NCBI GenBank assembly: GCA_035627515.1
Contig: DASPLQ010000012.1
Span: 778,331 to 842,330, forward strand
Length of the DNA: 64,000 nucleotides
Reading direction: 5' to 3'
Origin: Vitreimonas sp.
Lineage (GTDB): Bacteria; Patescibacteriota; Microgenomatia; UBA1400; PJMF01
Shown piece after piece: positions 36,613-46,654 of the stretch. The notes under the pieces are model-generated. The model was not told the DNA's origin, did no database searches, and worked only from the letters and a program-made list of their open reading frames with translations. The translations under genes and the position numbers were made by a program. Within the stretch, counting starts at the first letter, position 1, and each line of letters opens with the position of its first letter.

Positions 36613-39600
36613 ATGCCGACACAGCAACGCGCCTATTGGGGGAAACAACATCGCAACCTTCCCGAGTTAAATTTAGTTAGGTTACAACTACAAAGCTATG
36701 AGCGCTTTTTAAGTAAAGGCATCGGCGAGGCGCTAGCAGAGGTAAATGGTGAAAAAGGTATTGAAGATTTTACCGGCAAAAACTGGCGAATTACTTTTGG
36801 TGAGTATCGCTTTGGTAAGCCTAAATACACCTTAGCCCAAGCTAAGCGTAAGGCTGTCAGCTACGACGTGCCTCTCTACGTAGAAGCTACATTACTCAAT
36901 AAAAAAACTGGCGAAGAGCAAACCCAGGAAGTGTTTTTAGGTGATATTCCTAAGATGACCCCTGTGGGTACCTTTGTGATCAATGGTATTGAGCGGGCAG
37001 TGGTGACGCAGTTAGTGCGCTCTCCAGGTATTTTCTTTTCAGGTGATGAAGATCCAGCGACCGGTCGGATGCTCTACCGGGCTGAACTGCGTCCTAATCG
37101 TGGCTCATGGTTAGAAATTGGTGTTGGTCGTCGCGATGTGATTACAGTTAAGATCGATCGCCGCCGTAAGATGCCAGTTACCGTTTTGTTACGGGCTATG
37201 GGCTATGGCACCGATGAAGAATTATTAGATTTATTCAAAGATCTCAAAGATAAAGATGAATCTGATTTGATTGCCAAAACTATCGAAAAAGATCCTACCA
37301 AGAGCCAAGCAGAAGCTTTAATTGAGCTTTACGAAAAAATGCGCCCTGGTGAGCCAGCCGTGTTAGATAACGCTAAGGAATACTTAAAACAATTATTCTT
37401 CGATCCTCGTCGTTATGATCTGGATGAAGTCGGTCGTTATAAGCTTAACCGTCGCTTGAAGGTCAACGCTGATCAAAAAACCACTGTCCTCACTACTGAA
37501 GACGCCGTGGCTGCTGTTCGTTACTTGATCAAATTACAAAATGGCGAAGGTAAAACTGATGACATCGATCACTTGAGTAACCGCCGCGTTCGCCGGATTG
37601 GTGAGCTCGTCCAAACCAATGCTTTGCGGATTGGTTTAATTCGCTTAGAGCGTTCCATCCGTGAAAAAATGTCTTTGACCAAAACAGATGAAGTTTTAAC
37701 TCCAGCTGCTTTAGTCAATGCTCGGCCGTTGATCGCTACTATCTCTGAATTTTTCCGCCGTAACCGCTTATCCACTATCTTAGATCAAACTAACCCGTTA
37801 TCAGAAATTGATAACCTGCGTCGGTTGTCAGTGATGGGTAGTGGTGGTGTGACTCGTGAGCGCGCCTCATTCTCAATGCGTGACATCAACGCGTCTCAAT
37901 ATTCACGGATTGACCCCGTCCGGTCTCCAGAAGGTCCAAACATCGGTTTGGTTACCTACTTAGCTTTATACGCTCAAGTTAATGATTTTGGTTTCTTAGA
38001 ATCTCCTTATCACAAAGTGGAGAACGTCAAAGGCAAGATGAAGATTTCAGATCAAATCGTATATCTGGCCGCTGATGATGAAGAAGAATACAAAATTACC
38101 CATGCCGGTGTCGAAGTCAGTGATGATGATGTCATTACCCAAGCTTGGGTGCCAATGCGGTCTATGAACCAATTCATCGAAGGCCCAGTAGAAGACGTGC
38201 AGTATATTGACGTCGTTCCTCGCCAAGTGATTGGTACTTCTGCCTCTTTAATTCCCTTTATCTCTCATGACGAAGCTAACCGGGCTTTGATGGGTACGCA
38301 CATGCAATGTCAGGCTGTGCCCTTGATCAAACCTCAAGCTCCGATTGTAGGTACCGGTATGGAAGAAGCCGTAGCTACTGCCATGGGACGCACCGTTCGG
38401 GCTCGCCACAGTGGTGTGGTGAAGTATGTGGACGCTCAGCAAATCGTGATTGATCTGGATACTAAAGAAGTGGCCAAAGCCAAAGATTTAGCTGCCAGTG
38501 ATGAAAATGCGATGGTGACTGTCGAAGGCAGTACTGAGGTCTATCATATCGAAAAGTTTGTCCGTACTTCACAAAGTACTTCATACTCTCAAAAACCAAT
38601 GGTTAGTCTTGGTCAAAAAATCAAAGCTGGTGACATCATTATTGATGGCCCATCTGCTGATGGTGGTGAGTTAGCCTTGGGTGCTAACTTGATCATTGCT
38701 TACACTTCATTTGAAGGATTAGGGTATGAAGACGCGATCGTCATTTCTGATCGTTTAGTCAAAGAAGATGTCTTGACCTCAGTCCAAATCAGTGAGCACC
38801 GCGCTCAAGTGATGGACACCAAGTTAGGTCCTGAAGAATTGACTAACGATATTCCTAATGTTTCTGAGGCTTACTTAAGTAACTTGACGCCTGATGGCAT
38901 TATCCGGGTTGGTTCAGTTGTGGGTGCTGGTGACATCCTGGTGGGTAAGATTGCCCCCAAAGGTGAAACCGAGTTGACTCCAGAAGAGCGGTTATTGCGC
39001 GCTATCTTTGGTGAGAAATCACGCGAAGTTCGTGACACCTCCCTCCGTGTGCCTCACGGTGAAGGTGGTACTGTCATCGAAGTCCAAGTACTCGATCGTA
39101 CTTTAGGTGATGAACTTGACCCTGGTACTAATATGGAAGTGATTGTCAAAGTCGCTCAAACTCGGAAGATCACTGTCGGTGACAAGGTAGCCGGTCGTCA
39201 TGGTAACAAGGGTGTTATCTCGAAGATTGTGCCTCAAGCTGACATGCCTCATCTCGAAGATGGGACTCCAGTCGATATCATCATTTCACCACTGTCAGTC
39301 TTGGCTCGTATGAACTTAGGTCAGCTGTTAGAAGCTCACTTGGGTTGGGCAGCCAGTAAATTAGGCTATAAAGTGGCGATCCCAGCTTTTGAAGAAATTA
39401 ATGAAAGCAAAATTTGGGAAGAGCTCGAGAGAGCTGGTTTACCACGCGATGGTAAAGCTCAATTAATCGATGGCCGCACCGGCTTACCATTTAGTGAGAA
39501 GACCGTGGTTGGTATCGGTTATATCTTGAAGCTGATCCACATGGTGGAAGACAAGACTCATGCTCGGTCCACTGGTCCATACTCGTTAGTCACACAACAA

Positions 39601-40092
39601 CCTTTGGGTGGTAAAGCTCAAATGGGTGGTCAACGGTTGGGAGAAATGGAAGTCTGGGCTTTGGAAGCACACCGAGCTGCGCATACCCTCCAAGAAATGT
39701 TGACGATTAAATCAGATGACGTGATGGGTCGGGCTAAAGCCTTCGAAGCTATCGTTAAAGGTACGCCGATTCCCGCTCCAACAGTGCCTGAGGCCTTTAA
39801 AGTGATGATGCGCGAGTTGAACTCACTTGGTTTGGAAGTTGTGGCTCACGAAGTCAAAGAAGTTGATGACGAAGTCGCCGCTCCAGTTGGAGTAGCTGCT
39901 TTGGTTGCTGATGATCAAGTAATTACTGATGATCAGGCTCAGCTCGTAGCTGATGATGGGATGATCACTACCGATGATCCCGCTGCTCAAAGCGATGATT
40001 CAGATGACGTCAGTACCGATGACGCCGACGACTTGGAGGCGGTTGATGAACCCTCCGAAGCCGATTTAGAAGATGTTAGTGACGAACAATAG
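36613..40092 (+). CDS. rpoB: RNA polymerase beta subunit
   Basis: 'PEGPNIGL', 'GDK.AGRHGNKG', 'HARSTGPY', 'GGQRLGEME'; SD AAAGGAG before ATG 36613. Confidence 0.99.
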   Translation: MPTQQRAYWGKQHRNLPELNLVRLQLQSYERFLSKGIGEALAEVNGEKGIEDFTGKNWRITFGEYRFGKPKYTLAQAKRKAVSYDVPLYVEATLLNKKTGEEQTQEVFLGDIPKMTPVGTFVINGIERAVVTQLVRSPGIFFSGDEDPATGRMLYRAELRPNRGSWLEIGVGRRDVITVKIDRRRKMPVTVLLRAMGYGTDEELLDLFKDLKDKDESDLIAKTIEKDPTKSQAEALIELYEKMRPGEPAVLDNAKEYLKQLFFDPRRYDLDEVGRYKLNRRLKVNADQKTTVLTTEDAVAAVRYLIKLQNGEGKTDDIDHLSNRRVRRIGELVQTNALRIGLIRLERSIREKMSLTKTDEVLTPAALVNARPLIATISEFFRRNRLSTILDQTNPLSEIDNLRRLSVMGSGGVTRERASFSMRDINASQYSRIDPVRSPEGPNIGLVTYLALYAQVNDFGFLESPYHKVENVKGKMKISDQIVYLAADDEEEYKITHAGVEVSDDDVITQAWVPMRSMNQFIEGPVEDVQYIDVVPRQVIGTSASLIPFISHDEANRALMGTHMQCQAVPLIKPQAPIVGTGMEEAVATAMGRTVRARHSGVVKYVDAQQIVIDLDTKEVAKAKDLAASDENAMVTVEGSTEVYHIEKFVRTSQSTSYSQKPMVSLGQKIKAGDIIIDGPSADGGELALGANLIIAYTSFEGLGYEDAIVISDRLVKEDVLTSVQISEHRAQVMDTKLGPEELTNDIPNVSEAYLSNLTPDGIIRVGSVVGAGDILVGKIAPKGETELTPEERLLRAIFGEKSREVRDTSLRVPHGEGGTVIEVQVLDRTLGDELDPGTNMEVIVKVAQTRKITVGDKVAGRHGNKGVISKIVPQADMPHLEDGTPVDIIISPLSVLARMNLGQLLEAHLGWAASKLGYKVAIPAFEEINESKIWEELERAGLPRDGKAQLIDGRTGLPFSEKTVVGIGYILKLIHMVEDKTHARSTGPYSLVTQQPLGGKAQMGGQRLGEMEVWALEAHRAAHTLQEMLTIKSDDVMGRAKAFEAIVKGTPIPAPTVPEAFKVMMRELNSLGLEVVAHEVKEVDDEVAAPVGVAALVADDQVITDDQAQLVADDGMITTDDPAAQSDDSDDVSTDDADDLEAVDEPSEADLEDVSDEQ

Positions 40093-40105
40093 GAGTGGAG
40101 CAAAT

Positions 40106-43100
40106 ATGAAACAAATTGTAGATTTTTCTGCCTTACAAATCAAAATTGCTTCACCGCAAACCATTAAATCTTGGTCACATGGTGAAGTCAAAAAACCAGA
40201 AACGATTAACTACCGGTCTTTGAAAGCCGAAAAAGATGGTCTCTTTGATGAGAAGATCTTCGGCCCCATGAAAGATTACGAGTGTTACTGTGGTAAGTAC
40301 AAACGGATTCGTTACAAAGGTATCATCTGTGATAAGTGTGGTGTGGAAGTTACTCAAGCTCGCGTCCGCCGCGAACGCATGGGTCACATTACCTTAGCTG
40401 CTCCGGTGGCTCACATCTGGTTTTTCAAGGGTGCTCCTTCTAAGTTGTCATTACTCTTGGATATCTCACCTCGTAACTTAAGTGCCATCATTTACTTCTC
40501 CCAATACTTAGTGTTGGAAGTGAACTCAGATGATAAAGCTCAAGTCATCGAACAACTTGATGCTGACTTAGTAGCTGCTCAAGACGAGCTGCGCGCTGCA
40601 GCTGAGAAAACCTTACAAAAGGTCAAAGATGACTTGGATACTGATAAAGCCAAGCTCAAAGAAAAAGTTACTAACAAAGAAACGTTAGAACTCAAAACTT
40701 CTGAGCTCGAGCTAAAAGCTAAGCAAGTCATGGCTACGACCAAAGAGCAACTGATCACGCAACTCGAACAAACTGAAGAGATCTACAAAACCGTCAAAGG
40801 TATGGTCAAGAAGATCCGCAAAGGCACGATTCTTTCCGAAGATGAGTACCTCAAGCTTGATGAGTACAACGCCGCTGATCACTTGCGCGTGGGCATGGGT
40901 GCCGAAAGCGTGATGGAACTCGTCCGCGAGCTCGATCTCGATACTTTAGTGGAAAAACTGCGCGTGGAGATGGCCGAAAGCAAAGGTGCCAAGCGCATCA
41001 AAGCTACCAAACGCTTACGCGTCGTGGAAGGTTTACGCAAAGCCAGCATTAACGCCGAGTGGATGTTTATGTCGGTCTTGCCAGTTATCCCTCCCGACCT
41101 GCGTCCGATGGTGCAGTTATCCGGTGGCCGTTTTGCGACTTCGGACTTAAATGACCTCTATCGTCGTGTTATCAATCGTAACAACCGTTTGAAGCACTTG
41201 ATTGAGTTAGGTGCTCCTGACATCATTTTGCGCAACGAAAAACGAATGTTGCAAGAAGCCGTCGACTCCTTGATTGATACCACTCAAGCTCGTCAGTCTC
41301 GCCGCCGTGCTACTCGCCGTCCGTTACGCTCTCTCTCAGAAATGTTGAAGGGTAAGCAAGGTCGGTTCCGTCAAAACTTGCTCGGTAAACGTGTCGACTA
41401 TTCTGGTCGGTCAGTGATCGTAGTCGGTCCTGAACTCAAACTCAATGAGTGTGGTTTACCTAAAGACATGGCTTTGGAAATGTTCAAGCCATACGTGTTA
41501 CGCGAGTTAATCGTCCAAGGTGTAGCTCCTAACGTCAAGAGTGCTCGTCACTTACTCGACCGTCGCGAACCAGTGGTGTATGACATTTTGGAACAAGTGA
41601 CACGCAACCACCCGGTGATTTTGAATCGTGCTCCGACACTTCACAAACTGGGTATGCAAGCCTTCTTCCCACAATTGATTGAAGGTAATGCTATTCGTTT
41701 ACATCCTTGTGTCTGTGCGGGTTATAACGCTGACTTCGACGGTGACCAAGTAGCTGTCCACGTGCCGTTGACCGAAGAAGCTCAGGAAGAAGCTCGTCAA
41801 TTAATGATGGCCACTCACAACTTGTTGAAACCTGCCAATGGTGAACCAATCACTGTGCCTAACAAGGAAATGGCGATGGGTATGTACTTCTACACCTCAG
41901 TTGATGAGAACGTAGATCCTGCTCCGACCATTTTTGCTTCACAAGATGAGGCTTATCATGCGTACCAAGTGGGCATAATTGGTTTACGCCAATTAATCAC
42001 GATCCGCTTGAGTGTCGGTGGCAAATCACAATTGATGAAAACCACCGTTGGTCGCTTAGAGTTCAATGATATCTTGCCAGAAAGTTTGCGCTTTATTAAC
42101 GAAGCCGTCACTGCCAAGAAAATCAAGGAACTGGTGACTACCGCTATCGGTAGCCAACCTCAACACGAAGTGGCTATCTTGATCGACAAGATTAAGAACT
42201 TAGGCTTTAGTGCCGCCACCTTGTCTGGTCTGTCAGTGTCAGTTAGTGACTGTCAAATGCTTGATGAAAAAGACGTCATCATTGGCGAAGCTAACAAAAA
42301 GGCTGAACAAGTCCAAGAGAACTATCTGCAAGGTTTAATCACCAGTGACGAGCGCCGGAAATTGACTTTCGAAATCTGGATGCAAACCACTGATGAAGTG
42401 GCCGAGAAGACCTGGAACTCATATGACGAGAACAACGCCGTCAAGATCATGATTAACTCAGGTGGTACCCGGGCCTCTAAAGACCAAGTAAAGCAGCTGG
42501 CTGCTATGCGGGGTCTCGTCGTTGACCCCTTGGGTAACATCGTGGAAATGCCAACGAAATCAAATTTCCGTCAAGGCTTAACCATCTTTGAGTATGTGAC
42601 TTCTGCTCGTGGTTCACGCAAAGGTTTGACTGACTCAGCTCTGAAAACTGCTGACGCCGGTTACCTGACTCGCCGGTTGGTTGACGTCTCACATGATGTC
42701 ATCATCCGCTTACAAGATTGTGAAACCACTGACAGCCTGACACTGATCAAAGCTGAGCGCCCAGATGTCTTTGCTAACCGTATGGTGGGTAGAGTTGTCG
42801 CTCAAGATGTGGTCATCAAAGGCAAGACGTTAATTACCAAAGGTGAAGTCATCACTGTCGATATTTCTCAACAAATCGATGCAGCTGGCGCCACTGAAAT
42901 TCAAGTCCGGTCCCCATTGACCTGTCAAGCTCCCAAGGGCATGTGTGCCCAGTGTTACGGTTGGGATTTCTCAACCCGTGCCATTGTCGAAATTGGTGTG
43001 CCAGTCGGCGTAGTTGCCGCTCAATCAATTGGTGAACCAGGTACGCAGCTAACAATGCGGGTGAAGCACTCTGGAGGTATCGTCGGTCTCGACGTGACCC

Positions 43101-43858
43101 AAGGTTTGCCTCGTGTGGAAGAGTTGTTTGAAGCTCGGATTCCTAAAACTCCAGCCTTAGTGGCTGAAGTAGCCGGAAAAGTTACGATCGCTGAGACAGA
43201 AGACGGCCGCATTTTGACCATCAAACCTACCAGTGAAGGTGTGGAAGAACGCAGCTATGCTGTGCCTAACAACGCCGTGTTGCTGGTCGGGGAGGGTGAT
43301 TTAGTCCATATGGGTGCGCAATTAAGCGGTGGTTCTATTGATGTCCGCGAGTTACTCCACGTCCGAGGGTTATTGGCTGCACAACAATACGTTGTCAACC
43401 AAATCCAAGCCGTGTACGAATCACAAGGCATTCCTATCCACGACAAGCACTTTGAAGTCATTGTCCGCAAGATGGGTGACAAACTGCAAATTGAAGCTGC
43501 GGGTGACACCGAGTTCTTAACTGGTGAAGTCATCGAACGCTCCAAGTTCATTGCCAACAATGATGCAGTCATCGCCGCTGGTGGTGAGCCTTCAACTGCT
43601 AAGGTCATGATCTTGGGTATTACCCGGTCATCACTCTTTACCAGTTCGTGGTTATCAGCTGCTTCATTCCAACACACTAAGAACGTGTTGACTGATGCCG
43701 CTTCCGCTGGAGCTGTCGATTACCTCGAGGGCTTGAAGGAAAACGTCATCATTGGTCGCTTAATCCCCACTGACTCAGAACGCGCCAGTTTGGATTATGT
43801 CCCACCAGTAGTGGCAGAAGAAATCACCAACACTGAAGAAGTGGTGATGGCAGCCTAA
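40106..43858 (+). CDS. rpoC: RNA polymerase beta' subunit
   Basis: Zn ribbon, 'GKRVDYSGR', 'YNADFDGDQ', 'GEPGTQLT'; ATG at 40106. Confidence 0.99.
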   Translation: MKQIVDFSALQIKIASPQTIKSWSHGEVKKPETINYRSLKAEKDGLFDEKIFGPMKDYECYCGKYKRIRYKGIICDKCGVEVTQARVRRERMGHITLAAPVAHIWFFKGAPSKLSLLLDISPRNLSAIIYFSQYLVLEVNSDDKAQVIEQLDADLVAAQDELRAAAEKTLQKVKDDLDTDKAKLKEKVTNKETLELKTSELELKAKQVMATTKEQLITQLEQTEEIYKTVKGMVKKIRKGTILSEDEYLKLDEYNAADHLRVGMGAESVMELVRELDLDTLVEKLRVEMAESKGAKRIKATKRLRVVEGLRKASINAEWMFMSVLPVIPPDLRPMVQLSGGRFATSDLNDLYRRVINRNNRLKHLIELGAPDIILRNEKRMLQEAVDSLIDTTQARQSRRRATRRPLRSLSEMLKGKQGRFRQNLLGKRVDYSGRSVIVVGPELKLNECGLPKDMALEMFKPYVLRELIVQGVAPNVKSARHLLDRREPVVYDILEQVTRNHPVILNRAPTLHKLGMQAFFPQLIEGNAIRLHPCVCAGYNADFDGDQVAVHVPLTEEAQEEARQLMMATHNLLKPANGEPITVPNKEMAMGMYFYTSVDENVDPAPTIFASQDEAYHAYQVGIIGLRQLITIRLSVGGKSQLMKTTVGRLEFNDILPESLRFINEAVTAKKIKELVTTAIGSQPQHEVAILIDKIKNLGFSAATLSGLSVSVSDCQMLDEKDVIIGEANKKAEQVQENYLQGLITSDERRKLTFEIWMQTTDEVAEKTWNSYDENNAVKIMINSGGTRASKDQVKQLAAMRGLVVDPLGNIVEMPTKSNFRQGLTIFEYVTSARGSRKGLTDSALKTADAGYLTRRLVDVSHDVIIRLQDCETTDSLTLIKAERPDVFANRMVGRVVAQDVVIKGKTLITKGEVITVDISQQIDAAGATEIQVRSPLTCQAPKGMCAQCYGWDFSTRAIVEIGVPVGVVAAQSIGEPGTQLTMRVKHSGGIVGLDVTQGLPRVEELFEARIPKTPALVAEVAGKVTIAETEDGRILTIKPTSEGVEERSYAVPNNAVLLVGEGDLVHMGAQLSGGSIDVRELLHVRGLLAAQQYVVNQIQAVYESQGIPIHDKHFEVIVRKMGDKLQIEAAGDTEFLTGEVIERSKFIANNDAVIAAGGEPSTAKVMILGITRSSLFTSSWLSAASFQHTKNVLTDAASAGAVDYLEGLKENVIIGRLIPTDSERASLDYVPPVVAEEITNTEEVVMAA

Positions 43859-43880
43859 AAGTTCTGTAAAAGGAATTCAG

Positions 43881-43918
43881 AAAAGCCCTGGTCCGCCAAC
43901 TGGCGGATGGGGCTTTTT
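43881..43918. terminator. Terminator after rpoC (likely bidirectional) containing an 18-bp palindrome
   Basis: AAAAGCCC...GTCCGCCAACTGGCGGAT...GGGCTTTTT. Confidence 0.8.
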
Positions 43919-43923
43919 GGTAG

Positions 43924-44130
43924 TTAGCGATACTTTTTACCTTGGGATTTGGGTCGCTCAGGATCATACATTGTGGGAGGCACCCCTCTTAATATCGCTA
44001 CTATTCTTCCTCGTCTTCTAATGAAAATGGGTTGTTGCTGAAAGTAGGCAATATGGAGCAACTCGAAGAAGTCATTCCGAGCTTGTGTAGCTGTTACAAA
44101 GATACGGCTGCGGTTGTAAATAGATTTCAT
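43924..44130 (-). CDS. Orphan Phd/YefM-family antitoxin-like protein
   Basis: 'VTATQARNDFFELL.......PIFI.RRGRIVAIL' matches the Phd/YefM DNA-binding fold; no toxin gene follows. Confidence 0.75.
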   Translation of the reverse strand: MKSIYNRSRIFVTATQARNDFFELLHIAYFQQQPIFIRRRGRIVAILRGVPPTMYDPERPKSQGKKYR

Positions 44131-44203
44131 ATACGTACTTTATAGGAAATTTCTTGCATTAAGCTTGCATACAGCAAACTCTACCTATCTCAGTATCAAC
44201 CTG

Positions 44204-44291
44204 TAGAAAAGTGAACCTGGACACTGTCTATCGTGTGCAACATGTACATTTTGACTGCAATGACTTGTGTCCAGGCGAACTTCTAAAGGAA
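44204..44291. repeat. Dispersed 88-bp quasi-palindromic element, copy B
   Basis: Dyad at 44245/44246: CCTGGACAC/GTGTCCAGG, central ATGTACAT; 46/50 identical to copy A over the right part. Confidence 0.85.
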
Positions 44292-44378
44292 GTGGTCAAG
44301 GCATAAAAAAGCAGCTCATCACAAGGTGTAAAACACAACCTGGTATAATACACATTCATTACTCAATAAGTAATAAAT

Positions 44379-44612
44379 ATGTGTAAAGTAGAGCGGGTGA
44401 GACAAGAGTTACTACAGAGGTTAGATGCTGGCCAAAGTCCTGCCAGACTTCATGAGTGGTTAGCTGAGGAATTTAATGCGGCAGCTTTTGAAGATGATGA
44501 TCCCATTGATTGGGAGGCTTACGATGCTTTATTCATGATGTGCCCGTTGCCTCCTACACGCAGTCAATTAGAATTGGAAACTGTCTTGGACGAGACACCT
44601 TTTACGAGGTGA
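44379..44612 (+). CDS. Small acidic hypothetical protein
   Basis: 77-aa ORF; TG-TATAAT -10 at 44344. Confidence 0.55.
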   Translation: MCKVERVRQELLQRLDAGQSPARLHEWLAEEFNAAAFEDDDPIDWEAYDALFMMCPLPPTRSQLELETVLDETPFTR

Positions 44613-44714
44613 CATGTTTTTAACACAATTCTTTCACTATTGGCTAAGAATTCCTCTTATGTTACAATCAACGCCTGACTAAAAATAGTTTATAAGTATA
44701 TCTGGAAGTCACGA

Positions 44715-45125
44715 ATGCCAACCATTAACCAACTGATTCGAAAAGGTGGACGGACAAGTAAAGTGAAACGCATCAAAGCTACTGCTTTGCGCCGTAGTTT
44801 TAACACGATTACTAACAGTCCTGTCAAAACCACTAACCCTCAAAAACGAGGTGTGTGTACCGTGGTTAAAACCATGACTCCTAAGAAACCTAACTCAGCC
44901 TTACGTAAAGTAGCTCGTGTCCGCTTGTCCAACAAGATGGAAGTCACGGCTTACATCATGGGTGAAGGTCATAACTTAGCTGAACACAGTATCGTCTTAG
45001 TTCGTGGTGGTCGGGTCAAAGACTTACCTGGTGTGAAGTATCACATCGTCCGCGGTAAATTTGACTGTGCTGGTGTCAATGGTCGTAAGACCAGTCGTAG
45101 TAAATACGGCGTCAAGAAAAGTTAA
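44715..45125 (+). CDS. rpsL: 30S ribosomal protein uS12
   Basis: 'MPTINQL', '[10 protein letters not shown]', '[10 protein letters not shown]'. Confidence 0.99.
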   Translation: MPTINQLIRKGGRTSKVKRIKATALRRSFNTITNSPVKTTNPQKRGVCTVVKTMTPKKPNSALRKVARVRLSNKMEVTAYIMGEGHNLAEHSIVLVRGGRVKDLPGVKYHIVRGKFDCAGVNGRKTSRSKYGVKKS

Positions 45126-45198
45126 TTATTAATACTCATACCTTCTCACGATTGGTGAAGAAGGAGTAACCACGCTCAGCGTGGTGAAGAAAGAGCCT

Positions 45199-45675
45199 AT
45201 GCGCGCTAAAAAAGCCAAAGTCAGACAAGCTGTCCCAGACTTCAAATATAACTCCGTTAAGATCGCCCGGTTGATCAACTATGCCATGTATGATGGCAAA
45301 AAAACTGTGGCCCAAAAACAGGTCTATGATGCCTTAGAGCAGATTAGCCAACAATTAAATCGCCCTGCGCCAGAAATTTTAGAAGACGTATTACGCAACG
45401 TGACTCCACAAATGGAAGTCCGTTCTCGCCGCGTGGGTGGTGCTGCTTACCAGGTGCCGATGCCTGTCAAAGGTCGCCGTGGTTCATCACTCTCCTTGCG
45501 CTGGTTAATCCAAGAAGCTCGCAAACGCCCTAACAAGCAATACCACTCCTTTGCTGAGAAATTAGTCGCTGAAATGACTGACGCTCTCAACAATGCTGGT
45601 GGTGCGATCCAACGCAAAGAAACCTCACATCGCATGGCCGAAGCCAACAAGGCTTTCAGTCACTTCCGGTGGTAA
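45199..45675 (+). CDS. rpsG: 30S ribosomal protein uS7
   Basis: 'EVRSRRVGGAAYQVP', 'HRMAEANKAFSHFRW'; ATG at 45199. Confidence 0.98.
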   Translation: MRAKKAKVRQAVPDFKYNSVKIARLINYAMYDGKKTVAQKQVYDALEQISQQLNRPAPEILEDVLRNVTPQMEVRSRRVGGAAYQVPMPVKGRRGSSLSLRWLIQEARKRPNKQYHSFAEKLVAEMTDALNNAGGAIQRKETSHRMAEANKAFSHFRW

Positions 45676-45715
45676 GAGTTGGCTATTAAGTAGCTGCCTA
45701 AGACAAGGATAGTTT

Positions 45716-46528
45716 ATGCCTCCAGTTGAACGAGGTATTCGACTAAACGAAGAAGACTTAGCATTACTGGAACAGCTTTTAGCAGCATCTCTCCCTACGG
45801 CGGTTCTATTTGATTTACCGGCAACTGAAGCGACAAAGGAAGTTCTCACGCAATCAGACGAAGTTGAATCACCTCCAGTAACAGCCGAAGAATATCTGAC
45901 TGAATATCAGCTTCAACAAAATCCCACTAAAGATGAGTTACAAATGGCTTTAGAAAATAGTGGTTTGACAGTAGGGGAAGCTCAGCAGTTATTACATAAA
46001 ACTCGCTGGATTATTCCCTGGGATAACCCCTTGCACCTTGCTGAGGTTTTTCACATCATGATTAATTTCACAGATGGAGCTGAACTGAGTTTAAGAACAG
46101 AGAAGGTTGATCATGCTCTAAGCCTTCGGAAACTTAGAAAAACAGACTTAATTTTATTTAGGCAAGCATTATTACTAATAGGCAATCAAAAGAAAACTTT
46201 ATTATCACGAGATATTCGTAATAACCCTAATCTGCTCGAAGGCGTAACCTTGCGTCGTCTTTTAATGGCACATGGCTATGCCCCAAGGCTAGCTACCCAA
46301 GCTGTAAATGGTTTAGTTCGCCATAACTTCATTAATCCTTTTGAACAAGCGGCTAATGAACAGTCAACTGAGGTTATTGAGATGTTGCGTACAGCTGTTA
46401 ATTTAGAAGACTTTGGAGAAAAAGTTTTCAATCGCAGATCATTCTCAATACCAGGCGTAATTCATCATTTAGGTAACATAGGCTTTGAGGCCTTACATGA
46501 TGTGTTTACTAAATTAGAAAATAAATAA
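45716..46528 (+). CDS. Orphan protein inserted in the str operon
   Basis: 270-aa ORF; possible helix-hairpin-helix-like repeats. Confidence 0.7.
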   Translation: MPPVERGIRLNEEDLALLEQLLAASLPTAVLFDLPATEATKEVLTQSDEVESPPVTAEEYLTEYQLQQNPTKDELQMALENSGLTVGEAQQLLHKTRWIIPWDNPLHLAEVFHIMINFTDGAELSLRTEKVDHALSLRKLRKTDLILFRQALLLIGNQKKTLLSRDIRNNPNLLEGVTLRRLLMAHGYAPRLATQAVNGLVRHNFINPFEQAANEQSTEVIEMLRTAVNLEDFGEKVFNRRSFSIPGVIHHLGNIGFEALHDVFTKLENK

Positions 46529-46654
46529 CTCACCCCTTTTCCTGTATTGATTTCGGCGTATAATCACTTTTTGTTACACATCCATGGCGGATGAAAAACG
46601 TAGTAAAAGGGCTGGCTAGAAGGTACTAAATTCCATTTTTAGCCTGGATTTTTT

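Noticed and set aside
43924-44612. Complete type II toxin-antitoxin pair
   Set aside because: The Phd-like gene ends at the rpoC terminator; the 77-aa ORF is divergent, acidic and lacks PIN, RelE or Doc motifs
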